Assembly: GCF_000446015.1 (NCBI RefSeq)
Contig: NC_022093.1
Location: 600,001-632,000 of the forward strand
Origin: Thermofilum adornatum
GTDB taxonomy: Archaea > Thermoproteota > Thermoprotei > Thermofilales > Thermofilaceae
Length of the DNA stretch: 32,000 bases
Reading direction: 5' to 3'
Position numbers and translations under genes: made by a program. Below are positions 9,527-18,872 of the stretch, piece by piece (the first letter of the stretch is position 1; each line of letters starts with the position of its first letter). The notes below the pieces were generated by a model. That model searched no databases. It was not told where the DNA came from and was given only the letters and a program-made list of their open reading frames with translations.

Positions 9527-10642
9527 ATGATACTATACGAATTCGAGATAAAAGAGATACTAGAGAGCATTGGTTTACCGGTAGAAAAATCATGCCTTCT
9601 AAACTACCCCATCGAGGGGACAGAACGATGTCTAGAAGACTTGTCGCCGCCCTTTATTGTTAAAGCACAGGTACGAGGATGGGGCAGGGGCAAGGCTGGA
9701 CTAGTAAAGACTGCGAACAGCATAGATGAAGCCTTGAAGATTTCGCGGGAATTTTTATCGAGGGATTTCCGCGGAGAAAAGATACGATACGTTATGGTTT
9801 CAGAGAAGAAGGCAGTACAGAGAGAAATGTATCTATCATTCATGGTTTCCTCGCTACCCCCTGGCTATCTCCTGCTTGCCTCCAAGTACGGGGGCGTAGA
9901 CGTAGAGGACCTCGCCAGAAAGCCAGGAGGCCTCCTCAGGATCTTTATTGACCCCTTTGAGGACCTAAGGGACTACATGGTGAGGAGAGTAGCCAGCTAT
10001 CTGGAGCTACCCTACAATCATGTTGCAGACATGATCTACTCGCTCTGGAAAGTATTCAGAGACTACAACTTCACGTTGCTTGAGATAAACCCATTAGCAT
10101 TGACTGACCAGGGGATCCTGGCCTTGGACAGGAAAGGAATAATTGATGACGACTCGTTAGGCGACAAAAAGCTCGCAGGCATAGCCCAGAGGTACTATTC
10201 AGAGCTCGATGCCCTTGGACGCACAGCTGTAGAGAGAGGGTTCGCGGCCGTCAAGCTGGATGGAAACATCGCCGTTATAGGGAACGGCGCTGGACTGACA
10301 ATGGCCACGCTAGATGCTGTAAACGATGCTGGTGGGAAGCCAGGATTCTTCCTGGATCTAGGCGGAGGCGCAGAGATGGAGAGAGTAAAAGAGGCTGTAA
10401 AACTTGTCTTAGGACAGAGTCACATAGACAGGGTCCTCATAAATATCTTGGGAGGAATAACCAGATGCGACGAGGTAGCCCGGGGAGTCGTAGAGGCACT
10501 ACGTGAGACAGGCAACAGAAACGTGAAAATCGTTGTGAGGCTCTCAGGCTTCATGGAGGAAGAGGGCAGAAGAATCCTGTTGGACGCGGGGATCAAGCCC
10601 TATGATAGTCTCGAAGATGCAGTCGTAGAGGTGGTGAAGTAA
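9527..10642 (+). CDS. sucC: succinyl-CoA synthetase (ADP-forming) beta subunit
   Basis: ATP-grasp N-terminus MILYEFEIKEILESIGLPV and C-terminal CoA-ligase block INILGGITRCDEVARG. The ATG at 9527 is preferred (TATA-like AAATATTAAA about 25-30 nt upstream); the longest ORF starts at 9503. TAATG overlap with sucD. Confidence 0.85.
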   Translation: MILYEFEIKEILESIGLPVEKSCLLNYPIEGTERCLEDLSPPFIVKAQVRGWGRGKAGLVKTANSIDEALKISREFLSRDFRGEKIRYVMVSEKKAVQREMYLSFMVSSLPPGYLLLASKYGGVDVEDLARKPGGLLRIFIDPFEDLRDYMVRRVASYLELPYNHVADMIYSLWKVFRDYNFTLLEINPLALTDQGILALDRKGIIDDDSLGDKKLAGIAQRYYSELDALGRTAVERGFAAVKLDGNIAVIGNGAGLTMATLDAVNDAGGKPGFFLDLGGGAEMERVKEAVKLVLGQSHIDRVLINILGGITRCDEVARGVVEALRETGNRNVKIVVRLSGFMEEEGRRILLDAGIKPYDSLEDAVVEVVK

Positions 10643-11526
10643 TGGCTATACTTGTAGATGAAAATACAAGAGTGCTCGTGCAGGGAATCACTGGGAAGCA
10701 GGGAATGCTTCACACATCGCAGATGTTAAAGTATGGGACCCGCATCGTTGCAGGCGTCTCTCCTGGAAAGGGGGGCACAGTCGTTGAGGGGGTCCCAGTA
10801 TACAATTCCGTGGAAGAAGCCCTCGAAAAACACCCAGACATCAATACATCCATTATATTTGTCCCGGCACGCTTCGCGCCAGACGCCGTCTATGAGGCTG
10901 TCGACTCGGGAATCAAGACAATCGTGGTCATAACGGAACATATACCTGTCCACGAGACAATACGCTTCGTTAGATATGCAGCAACCAAGGGAGCTACAGT
11001 AATCGGTCCAAACACTCCTGGGGCAATCTCTCCAGGGAAGTCAAAGGTTGGGATAATGCCTGGAGACTATTTTAAACCTGGAAGGATAGGCCTGATCTCT
11101 AGGAGCGGCACGTTAACCTACGAGATCTCCTTGAAGCTTCTAAAGGCCGGCTTAGGAGTCTCGACAGCGGTGGGGATTGGCGGAGACCCTGTTACGGGGC
11201 TATCTTTCGAAGACGTCTACAAAATGTTCAAGGGCGATCCAGAGACAGACGCCGTTGTAATCGTGGGCGAGATAGGCGGTGGCAAAGAGGAAAAATTCGC
11301 ACAATACTATGCAACTGATACTAGCAAGAAGCCCGTGGTAGCTTACATAGCAGGCAAAACAGCGCCGCCCGGCAAAAAGATGGGCCACGCTGGGGCAATA
11401 GTGTTTGGCTCCGAGGGAAGCTATCCAAGCAAGGTGGAGGCCCTGTCAAGGAGCGGCGTAAAGGTTGCCGGCAGCCTCGGCGAAATAGTACAGCTGGTCA
11501 GAGAAGCCATGCAGAGGACACATTAG
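10642..11526 (+). CDS. sucD: succinyl-CoA synthetase alpha subunit
   Basis: VLVQGITGKQG CoA-binding motif, SRSGTLTYE, and the phosphohistidine loop MGHAGAIV. Confidence 0.9.
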   Translation: MAILVDENTRVLVQGITGKQGMLHTSQMLKYGTRIVAGVSPGKGGTVVEGVPVYNSVEEALEKHPDINTSIIFVPARFAPDAVYEAVDSGIKTIVVITEHIPVHETIRFVRYAATKGATVIGPNTPGAISPGKSKVGIMPGDYFKPGRIGLISRSGTLTYEISLKLLKAGLGVSTAVGIGGDPVTGLSFEDVYKMFKGDPETDAVVIVGEIGGGKEEKFAQYYATDTSKKPVVAYIAGKTAPPGKKMGHAGAIVFGSEGSYPSKVEALSRSGVKVAGSLGEIVQLVREAMQRTH

Positions 11527-12227
11527 CCGAAGGTTATCCTTGTATACTTCTCTCTTTCTCCGCTTAGAACCCTGAAGATCCTATCTGGAGGATTACCGTT
11601 GAGAACATATGTGGCTATCCTGCCCCTCTCAATGATGTTTAGCGCATAAAGGTCTATTAGACGGTACTCGCCCGCATGTTGCCCCGACACAAATTTTCTC
11701 TTTAACTCCCCAACAGATATCTCCTCGAGAAAACTTGCCTCCGGATGCTTTTTGGGGTCCTCCGTGTATATACCGTCAACGTCCGTAGCTATAATGAGCT
11801 CCGCGCCCAGCGACTCGGCCGCCAGGGCGGCAGTAGTAGTAGTCGACTGGCCGGGCTGGAGCCCACCCATAAAGATAATCTTCATCCCGAGATTAACCAG
11901 CTCGTGTAGCCTTCTCAACGTGTCTGGAATCAGCGGAAATGTTCCATAGAAAGCCGTATGCATGAGTGAAGCGTTGAGCCTGCTTACTTGTATACCTATC
12001 TCGTCAAGCAGACTCTCGTTGACGGCAAGCCTCCTGCCGACCTCAATGTATCTCCTTGCAACCTTGCCCCCACCGACCACCACAACGATTTTTCTGTCCG
12101 ATGCCTCGCTGTACTTCTTCAGCGATGCGAGAAAGCTCTTTACGTATTCTTCGCGGAGCTCTCCCCCCTCAGTGAACAATAGAGACCCGCCAAGCTTTAT
12201 AACTGCTGGACGCATATTGCTCTCCAT
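11523..12227 (-). CDS. pyrH: uridylate (UMP) kinase, archaeal type
   Basis: Amino-acid-kinase fold motifs: VIKLGGSLL, VVVGGGKVARRY and ATDVDGIYTEDPKK. The start may be Met5 (12215). Confidence 0.85.
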   Translation of the reverse strand: MESNMRPAVIKLGGSLLFTEGGELREEYVKSFLASLKKYSEASDRKIVVVVGGGKVARRYIEVGRRLAVNESLLDEIGIQVSRLNASLMHTAFYGTFPLIPDTLRRLHELVNLGMKIIFMGGLQPGQSTTTTAALAAESLGAELIIATDVDGIYTEDPKKHPEASFLEEISVGELKRKFVSGQHAGEYRLIDLYALNIIERGRIATYVLNGNPPDRIFRVLSGEREKYTRITFG

Positions 12228-12366
12228 CTACGACGAGCACCACACACTCTTAAGAATATTTCTTGTGTCTCCCATGGAAGTGGTATAGGGGAAACATACA
12301 TGGCAAACATACCTTTAAAAACCATTTACATGCTTAAAGAGTAGACACTTTAGGTGAGCGGAGACA

Positions 12367-13599
12367 ATGAGAGAGGATGTAGAGAGATTCAAGCTGGAAA
12401 AGCTAGTCGAGGAGCTAAAAAAGAAGGAGGGAAGAGGGACAGAGCTCGTATCACTATACATACCAGCCGGCAGACCTATCAGCGAAGTCGTAAACACGCT
12501 CACCTACGAGTACGCCACGGCCTCAAACATAAAGGACCGGGTCACAAGGCACCACGTACTAGACGCATTGGCATCCATAATTAGCCGCCTAAAGATGTTC
12601 AAGGAGACGCCGCCAAACGGCTTGATAGTCTTCGCTGGCTACGTCGCTGGAGACGTGCCCGGCCGAGAAAAAATGGAGATTCACCTCATAGAGCCGCCGC
12701 AGAAGCTGAACGTCTGGCTCTACAGGTGCGACTCTAGATTCTACACAGAGATACTCGAAGACATGATAAGAGTGAAAGAGGCCTACGGGCTCATCCTCGT
12801 GGAGCGAGACGAGGCAGCAATAGCGATTCTCAGGGGCAAATCGCTAGAGGTGGTTGACGAGCTTACGGCTGGCATCCCGGGAAAGCACAGGAGCGGTGGA
12901 CAGTCGGCCAGGAGGTATGAAAGAGTAATTGAGCAACTTGTACACGAGTTCTATAAGAGGCTAGGCGAACACGCCAACAAGATATTTCTACCGATAAAGG
13001 ACGAGCTAAAAGGCATAATCGTTGGCGGCCCCGGCTTCTCGAAAAAAGAATTCGTAGAAGGCGACTACCTCCACTACGAGCTACGCCAAAAAGTAATCGG
13101 AGTATTTGACGTTGGGTACGGCGGGGTCTCGGGCCTCTACGAGCTACTCGACAAGGCGCGGGACCTAATAAGGGACGTACAGTACATGAAGGAAAGAGAA
13201 ACAGTAAACAAGTTCCTGTACCACTTGGCCCGAGACACAGGGCTAGCAATATACGGAGAAGAAGAGGTTCGACAGGCCCTACAGCTGAACGCTGTCGACA
13301 CGCTCCTCGTATCAGAGGCAGTAAACAAGGTAAGGGTCCACGCTGTATGCAAGACATGCAAGCACGAGTTCCAGGCGACGCTCAACAGTGAGGAAGAGGC
13401 AAACAAGCTGACATGCCCCAAGTGCGGCGGCGAGGTCGAGGTACTAGAGAACAAGATGATAATTGAAGAGCTGGCCGAGCTGGCAGAGAACAGTGGCGCA
13501 GAAGTTGTACTGGTCTCGACGGAGTCGGCAGAGGGGAAAGAATTCTACAAGACATTTGGGGGCATAGCTGCCATACTGAGATACAAGCTACAGAAGTAA
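12367..13599 (+). CDS. prf1: peptide chain release factor aRF1
   Basis: 410 aa. GGQ motif (HRSGGQSARRYER), NIKS-position motif reading ASNIKDR, and a C-terminal zinc-ribbon insert CKTC...CPKC. Confidence 0.9.
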   Translation: MREDVERFKLEKLVEELKKKEGRGTELVSLYIPAGRPISEVVNTLTYEYATASNIKDRVTRHHVLDALASIISRLKMFKETPPNGLIVFAGYVAGDVPGREKMEIHLIEPPQKLNVWLYRCDSRFYTEILEDMIRVKEAYGLILVERDEAAIAILRGKSLEVVDELTAGIPGKHRSGGQSARRYERVIEQLVHEFYKRLGEHANKIFLPIKDELKGIIVGGPGFSKKEFVEGDYLHYELRQKVIGVFDVGYGGVSGLYELLDKARDLIRDVQYMKERETVNKFLYHLARDTGLAIYGEEEVRQALQLNAVDTLLVSEAVNKVRVHAVCKTCKHEFQATLNSEEEANKLTCPKCGGEVEVLENKMIIEELAELAENSGAEVVLVSTESAEGKEFYKTFGGIAAILRYKLQK

Positions 13600-13603
13600 G
13601 AAA

Positions 13604-14233
13604 ATGAAAAAGAAAGAGCTCGAGCGGATCCTAAATCTTGTCCCCAGGCATCCTTCTCCAAAGATACATTTTGAACAGTACTCTACTCCTGCAACCCTAG
13701 CGGCTACAATGCTCTGGATAGCCGAGGAGCACTACCACGACATATCCGGCAAAAGGGTTGTCGACCTCGGGAGTGGCACTGGGAGGCTTGGGCTGGGCGC
13801 CGCTGTCCTAGGTGGACAGACACTTCTTCTAGACATAGACTACGAGGCGTTGCAGGTTGCACGTAGTCAAGCTGTACAGCTAGGAATCTACGATAGGGTG
13901 GACCTTGTTGCAACAGACGTTTTGCATCTCCCATTCAGGGAGAACATTGTATTCGACACTGTGATCCAGAACCCGCCCTTTGGGGTCCACAGGAAGGGGA
14001 GCGACATTGCCTTCCTAGAGAAGGCCCTGGCCCTAACAGAGACAATTTACAGCCTTCACAAGGCAAACACTATCAGCTACATTAGGAGCTTCCTCAGGAA
14101 ACACCACCCTTCCCTCGTCATCGATGTGCTCCTCGAAGAAGAAATATGCATACCCCCCGAATACATGTTCCACAGGAAAAGGAGACACTGCTTCAAGGTC
14201 TCCCTTATCCGTGTATACAGGCCTAGACAGTAG
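13604..14233 (+). CDS. METTL5-like SAM-dependent (N6-adenine) RNA methyltransferase
   Basis: FEQYSTPA N-terminal motif, SAM-binding VVDLGSGTGRLG, and catalytic VIQNPPFG. Confidence 0.75.
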   Translation: MKKKELERILNLVPRHPSPKIHFEQYSTPATLAATMLWIAEEHYHDISGKRVVDLGSGTGRLGLGAAVLGGQTLLLDIDYEALQVARSQAVQLGIYDRVDLVATDVLHLPFRENIVFDTVIQNPPFGVHRKGSDIAFLEKALALTETIYSLHKANTISYIRSFLRKHHPSLVIDVLLEEEICIPPEYMFHRKRRHCFKVSLIRVYRPRQ

Positions 14234-14252
14234 CAGGCTCATAATAATATAT

Positions 14253-14864
14253 ATGGGTGCAAATTCACTTTTCAAAGTGGTGTATATGGAGACCCCAGAC
14301 AAGAAGCAGATAGTCATACCTGGCGAGGAAATAGCGACGATCGAGGAGTATTCTCCGGGAAAAAACGTGTTCCAAGACACCGGCGACGGGCTGATAAAGT
14401 CGAAAAAAGTCGGAAGGCTACGGCTCGACGTAAAGACCCACGTTGCAGAAGTCGAGAGCATGAAGACCCACAAAAATGTACTTACGAAAAACGAGGTTGT
14501 ATACGCTGTGGTGGAGCGGTTCGAGGACCCAATCGCCGTCTTGAGGATCATATATTCAGAAAGCAAAAAGACCCCAATAGTCCCATCCGTGACTGGCATC
14601 CTGCATGTAGCAAATGCTAGCAACTCGAGGGTACGATACCTTTCAGACGTCTTCGGCTATGGAGACATAGTGAGGGCATACGTTGTAGAGGAGGGCGGCC
14701 CACCGTTCTACCTGTCGACCAGGGGGCGACAATTCGGAGTAATCGTGGCAAAGTGCCCTAAGTGTATGTCGTCCATGAGGAAACGCGGCATAGTGCTTTA
14801 CTGCCCCCAGTGCGGCTACAAGACAAAGAACAAGAAGATAAGCCTGTACTATCTCTTAAAGTAG
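14253..14864 (+). CDS. csl4: exosome complex RNA-binding subunit Csl4
   Basis: N-terminal VIPGEEIATIEEYSPGKNV, a central S1-like domain, and a C-terminal zinc ribbon CPKC...CPQCG. The longest ORF (14124) overlaps the upstream gene, so ATG 14253 or ATG 14286 is more likely. Confidence 0.8.
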   Translation: MGANSLFKVVYMETPDKKQIVIPGEEIATIEEYSPGKNVFQDTGDGLIKSKKVGRLRLDVKTHVAEVESMKTHKNVLTKNEVVYAVVERFEDPIAVLRIIYSESKKTPIVPSVTGILHVANASNSRVRYLSDVFGYGDIVRAYVVEEGGPPFYLSTRGRQFGVIVAKCPKCMSSMRKRGIVLYCPQCGYKTKNKKISLYYLLK

Positions 14865-14878
14865 CAGGGCGCCTAGCG

Positions 14879-15490
14879 ATGCGAGGCATTACCCTCACTC
14901 TGAACTTTGACACTCCCGAGGAGGCCATTTCCTTTTTGAAGCTAATAACATCCAGGATAAAATACTCCGGGCTTTACGGTGAGATAAAGGGCAAAAAATT
15001 GAAGCTATTCATCCCAGAGAGCCAGAGAACCGAAGAAGTCGTAAACGAAGTAAAAACCCTATACAGGGAACTGCACGGCGCAAAAAACGCCTTCCAGAAA
15101 AAGAGATTTAAGATTCAAACAGTCCTCTCACTGGCAAAGCTCGAAACAGCCATACCGGTACCCGTCCTCGTAGACATTATCAAGCTACAGGGCAAACACG
15201 CGAGGCTAGCTGGGGAAACGATAGAGACAAGCCTTGAGCTCAACGAGCTTGTAAAACTCGCAGAACAAGTCTCATCAGCTTACCACTCAGCGATACATAT
15301 GCCACTAACATCCTCTGCTAGGCGGCTCCTAGTTGTCGCCTCCCTGACGCTTGGAAAAAATCCCGAAGAAACGGTTAGCTTACTGCTCTCCAGAAACCTT
15401 TTGAGGGAAGAAGACGGTACACTGAGCCTTTCCATGGACTATGAGCGGAGCCTTGAAAAGCTGAGAGAACTAGTAAAACAGTCTACATGA
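14879..15490 (+). CDS. hypothetical protein
   Basis: ATG 14879 (MRGITLTLNF) follows the csl4 stop; the 242-aa longest ORF overlaps csl4. I recognise no motif. Confidence 0.5.
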   Translation: MRGITLTLNFDTPEEAISFLKLITSRIKYSGLYGEIKGKKLKLFIPESQRTEEVVNEVKTLYRELHGAKNAFQKKRFKIQTVLSLAKLETAIPVPVLVDIIKLQGKHARLAGETIETSLELNELVKLAEQVSSAYHSAIHMPLTSSARRLLVVASLTLGKNPEETVSLLLSRNLLREEDGTLSLSMDYERSLEKLRELVKQST

Positions 15491-16331
15491 TGTATGAAAA
15501 GTTCCTGTCAGAGACCCTTTTCTTTAGCTTCTCGTTTATCTTTACCTCGAATTCTTTCACAAACAGTATCCTGAGCATACGCTCAGAATTTGAGATCCTC
15601 ACTTCAGCTGAGTAGCCTAAAGACACGGTCTTCTGGCCGTCGAGAATCATATTTGCCGGGTGTGCCAGTATCCTTACGCCTATGGTTCCGCCGTGGATCA
15701 CTAGCGGGCGGAGAGCGGGCGACAACGCGCCTGGAAAAAGCACCTCTAAAAGCTTCTGGCCGACATCGAGGATCACCGGCCCGCCATAGGACAGAGCGTG
15801 CCCAGTGCTACCGCTGGGCGTAGCCACAATTATCCCATCCGACCTGCCGTGGTAAAGGCCCAAGCCATCCAGCGAGAACTCGAACTCTATCAGCTTGCCC
15901 GGGAGAGCCCAGATACACAGCTCGTTGAGAAAGACCCCCTTCTCGTCTCCATAGGCGTACTCCCCCAGGGCAACATTCCTGGTGGAGTAATTCCCCTCGA
16001 GAACATTTTCCAGCACCTTTTCCGCGTCGCGTATACTGTGTGGAAGCAGGTAGCCAAGGCTGTCAGCCGCGAAGCCCAGGATAGGCGGCAGGATACCGCC
16101 ACTCTTCTGGACAATCCTGAGAAACGTCCCGTCCCCGCCGACAAGTATCCCGAGGTCGGCTTTTGTGGCCTCGTTCTCGCTTAGCTGTTCCACAGGTATC
16201 TCGTGGCCCAGGACCGGGTCAACGTATACCTCGACACCCCTCGCCGCGAGGAAATCGTATATCTTCTTTGCCCAGCCGGCCGCCACCGGGTCGCCTGCCC
16301 TGGCCTTCAGCCAAACACTACGTATAGACAT
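15483..16331 (-). CDS. nadK: NAD kinase
   Basis: GGDGTFLR motif, NELCIW and ATPSGSTGHALSYGGP blocks. 282 aa. Confidence 0.85.
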   Translation of the reverse strand: MSIRSVWLKARAGDPVAAGWAKKIYDFLAARGVEVYVDPVLGHEIPVEQLSENEATKADLGILVGGDGTFLRIVQKSGGILPPILGFAADSLGYLLPHSIRDAEKVLENVLEGNYSTRNVALGEYAYGDEKGVFLNELCIWALPGKLIEFEFSLDGLGLYHGRSDGIIVATPSGSTGHALSYGGPVILDVGQKLLEVLFPGALSPALRPLVIHGGTIGVRILAHPANMILDGQKTVSLGYSAEVRISNSERMLRILFVKEFEVKINEKLKKRVSDRNFSYIM

Positions 16332-16397
16332 CTATAAGCTCCTAGAACTTATTAACACTCGATATTAAAAATTTTAGATGTGCCTTGCTGTCAGCTT

Positions 16398-17510
16398 TTA
16401 TCCTCGCCGCATCCTCTTGAGGTACTCGCTTAGGGGCTCCCTTATTACTATGCCTTTGCCAGAGACAATGTCAAAGATGTATTTGCTGGGCTTTACTGGC
16501 GCCCACCTAGCCTTCCTGATGTACATGACCCTCTCGACGTTTCCGTATATCTCCTCGATGCCCAGCACTATGATCCCAGAAGCCAGGAACTCCTCTACGC
16601 CGAACCTGCTCAGCTTCGTGCTACCAGTAGGTATCTCGCTGGTCATGATGGTTGTCAGCTCCCCGGTCTTCTCTATTGCGAAGACCATTTCTCTCAGGAA
16701 CTCTCTTGCATAGAGAACGTCCTCTTCTTTCCCGCCGTAGACAAGGGGCGCGATGGGGTCTATGACAAGCCTCTTCGCGTTTATCTTCTTTGCCGCTGCA
16801 AGTATCTGCTCGATGATGTACCTGGGCTCGATGTTTTTCCTCTCGTCCCTCATGTAGATCTTGCTGAAGTGGGTCCTCATGTCCACAAACATCAGCTTCC
16901 TAGAGGATATTAGATCCCTCAGATTCCACCCAAATATCTGGAGGCCGCGGAGCAACTGGTTCGTCGGCTCGTCTATAGCTATGTATAGCCCCGGCTCGCC
17001 GTTAAGTGCGCCATGCAACAGGAACTGGATAGAGAGGATTGTTTTTCCACAGCCAGCCTCTCCAGCGACCAGGTATGTCTTCCCCCTCAGGAAGCCTCCC
17101 GCAAGAATCTCGTCGAGCCCTGGGACACCCGTCGGTGCAAACAGTGCCTTACGGGTTATCAGTGCCTGCTGGTAATTATAGGTGTACGGGTCGTCCTGGT
17201 ATGGCAACTCGTCGACTGCCTGGGGGACAGCAGGGACACTGGGTACAGCGGGGGCTGGAGGCACCTCCTCTGGTATAGCCTCTGCGACCTGAGTATCGTA
17301 GCTCTCCTGGACTGGGACGGGCTGTGAAACAACCTGTGTAGATGCGGCCGGCTGCACGGCCTGGACCTGCGTGGGCACCCTGCACAGCGGATTATATGGA
17401 TCGGGGACTTGCGTCTTAAGCTTGAGGCAGTACTGTCTAGACTTTATGTATAATGGACACCCAATACACGAAGACCTAGCAGGTTTACCCATGTCCGCCA
17501 ATTCGACCAC
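16398..17510 (-). CDS. KaiC/RecA-superfamily ATPase with N-terminal Cys cluster and P/Q/V-rich linker
   Basis: GVPGLDEILAGGFLRGKTYLVAGEAGCGKT (Walker A) and a KRLVIDPI Walker-B-like strand. The N-terminus has CIGC...C...C followed by about 90 low-complexity residues. Confidence 0.7.
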   Translation of the reverse strand: MVELADMGKPARSSCIGCPLYIKSRQYCLKLKTQVPDPYNPLCRVPTQVQAVQPAASTQVVSQPVPVQESYDTQVAEAIPEEVPPAPAVPSVPAVPQAVDELPYQDDPYTYNYQQALITRKALFAPTGVPGLDEILAGGFLRGKTYLVAGEAGCGKTILSIQFLLHGALNGEPGLYIAIDEPTNQLLRGLQIFGWNLRDLISSRKLMFVDMRTHFSKIYMRDERKNIEPRYIIEQILAAAKKINAKRLVIDPIAPLVYGGKEEDVLYAREFLREMVFAIEKTGELTTIMTSEIPTGSTKLSRFGVEEFLASGIIVLGIEEIYGNVERVMYIRKARWAPVKPSKYIFDIVSGKGIVIREPLSEYLKRMRRG

Positions 17511-17571
17511 TATTTCTGAATTTTAGAAATTGTTGCTTAAATATGTATCTTTTCAACGCCAAGAGAAAAAA

Positions 17572-17841
17572 TCAGACATCCTCAACCCTCTCAGCCGACA
17601 ACACTGCCTCTAGAAGCCTGGCAAAAGTGTTAAAAGCGGCCCGCAGGCTAGAAACGTCCCCAGAAGTTATCTCTACAAGCATCTTTCCCTCCCCAGCAAG
17701 CCTAGCCACAGCCCTTGACCTGTACCTCGGAGCCGCCCCAGTCTCGGGCAAAAATGCACGGTAAATCCACTCCACGCGGTCAGGGTCGCCCTCGACCTCT
17801 AAGACAGCCCTGAAACGACCATTAGCGTCGTCCACACGCAT
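17572..17841 (-). CDS. pcc1: KEOPS complex subunit Pcc1-like
   Basis: 89 aa. The pattern FRAVLEVEG...IYRAFLPE...MLVEITSGDVSSLRAAFNTFARLL matches the Pcc1/CTAG fold consensus (A.D...LRa..Ns.lR). Confidence 0.65.
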   Translation of the reverse strand: MRVDDANGRFRAVLEVEGDPDRVEWIYRAFLPETGAAPRYRSRAVARLAGEGKMLVEITSGDVSSLRAAFNTFARLLEAVLSAERVEDV

Positions 17842-17874
17842 ATTAGAGCATTGCCTTTACTGGCAGAAAAGCTT

Positions 17875-18462
17875 TTATGCGTTATCCCCTGTGTCCCTAG
17901 CCCGGTAATAGCGGACAGACTTGACCAGCATCCTTGGACCAATATAGGCACCGTTCTCGTAGAACTTCAACACGAACAAGAAGTCCCTCCCCTTCACGGG
18001 CTCCACCAGGAGAGCCCTGCCCGACAGGCCTCCAAGCTCGTCCACCCCCACAACCCCCACATACGTCAAGTCAAACATAGAGGCAACGTCCAGCCCATAC
18101 TCAGACTCCTCCCCAAGCGAGTACACATACACATCCGACGAAGCCCTCGGGACACGCTTATCCCCCGAAAACACGACCCCGCGGAGATACAGAATAGCCG
18201 GGATCCTCCTAGCCACTTCTCCCCCAACATCCCAGGCCGCAATCCTCCCAGGGTTGCCCCCAAGCCCCCTATACACGACCACAAGCCTCCTAGCACCCAT
18301 ATACCTAGCCAAAGCCAGCATCTCCCCAAGGCTCCTACCACCCCTATTAACCCTCCTCGCCCCCGGAAGACACATGGCAAGCTCACGCGCAAGCCTCCTC
18401 ACATGCACAGTATCATGCCTACAAGTAGACACCACTACCCGCCACGCCATCCAGTAAAACAA
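17875..18462 (-). CDS. Brix-domain ribosome-biogenesis protein (Imp4/Mil-like)
   Basis: VVVSTCRHDTVHVRRLARELA...RVNRGGRSLGEM...GGNPGRI pattern. The probable start is Met5 (18450). Confidence 0.65.
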   Translation of the reverse strand: MFYWMAWRVVVSTCRHDTVHVRRLARELAMCLPGARRVNRGGRSLGEMLALARYMGARRLVVVYRGLGGNPGRIAAWDVGGEVARRIPAILYLRGVVFSGDKRVPRASSDVYVYSLGEESEYGLDVASMFDLTYVGVVGVDELGGLSGRALLVEPVKGRDFLFVLKFYENGAYIGPRMLVKSVRYYRARDTGDNA

Positions 18463-18552
18463 GACACAACAAACTAAATACCTTTACCCCGACAAATCCA
18501 GCCCCGAGAAAAATATAAATAACAACAACCAACAAAAAACAAGAAACCCCTT

Positions 18553-18665
18553 GGGCCCGTAGCGCAGTTAGGAAGCGCGGCGGCCTTCTAGGCCGAAAAA
18601 CCGCGAACAACACAAAACACGAAGAAAGCCGCAGGTCCCGGGTTCAAATCCCGGCGGGCCCGCCA
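18553..18665 (+). tRNA. tRNA-Arg: tRNA-Arg (anticodon TCT) with an intron of about 36 nt in the anticodon loop, CCA encoded
   Basis: Acceptor GGGCCCG/CGGGCCC, D-arm GCGC-AGTTAGGAA-GCGC, anticodon stem GCGGC (18580-84) paired to GCCGC (18628-32), loop CT-TCT-A. The inserted sequence at about 18591-18626 sits at the canonical 37/38 position. T-arm CCGGG-TTCAAAT-CCCGG. TATA-like AAAATATAAATA lies about 30 nt upstream. Confidence 0.85.
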
Positions 18666-18872
18666 TCAAAACATTATAAAACACAATAAACACAAGACAC
18701 ACAACCAGAACCCCATACAAGACCCAAACAACAATATTGAAGCCTCAAGGCATCAGAAATTCAAAAAGTGTTCTCTGCGGTTTATTCCAAAAATTTTTCA
18801 TAGTCAAATTTTCTCTAGACCAGTTTCCAGATCTACATAAAATTTAACTATATATAATTCAAATTTACACTT

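Noticed and set aside
12484-12560. The aRF1 stop-codon-recognition motif reads NIKD rather than the textbook NIKS, which is tempting to link to the two in-frame TAGs in csa1.
   Set aside because: TAG terminates many well-supported genes in this window (hsp20, fap7, sucD, the METTL5-like gene, csl4), so TAG reassignment is not supported. I also cannot verify from memory whether NIKD is ordinary among crenarchaeal aRF1 proteins.
17851-18477. A 208-aa plus-strand ORF rich in P, H and R, antisense to the Brix gene (also 18066..18392 and 18254..18457).
   Set aside because: It is a product of strong strand compositional bias in a G+C-rich gene. The minus-strand frame gives a recognisable Brix-domain pattern, whereas the plus frame is low complexity.
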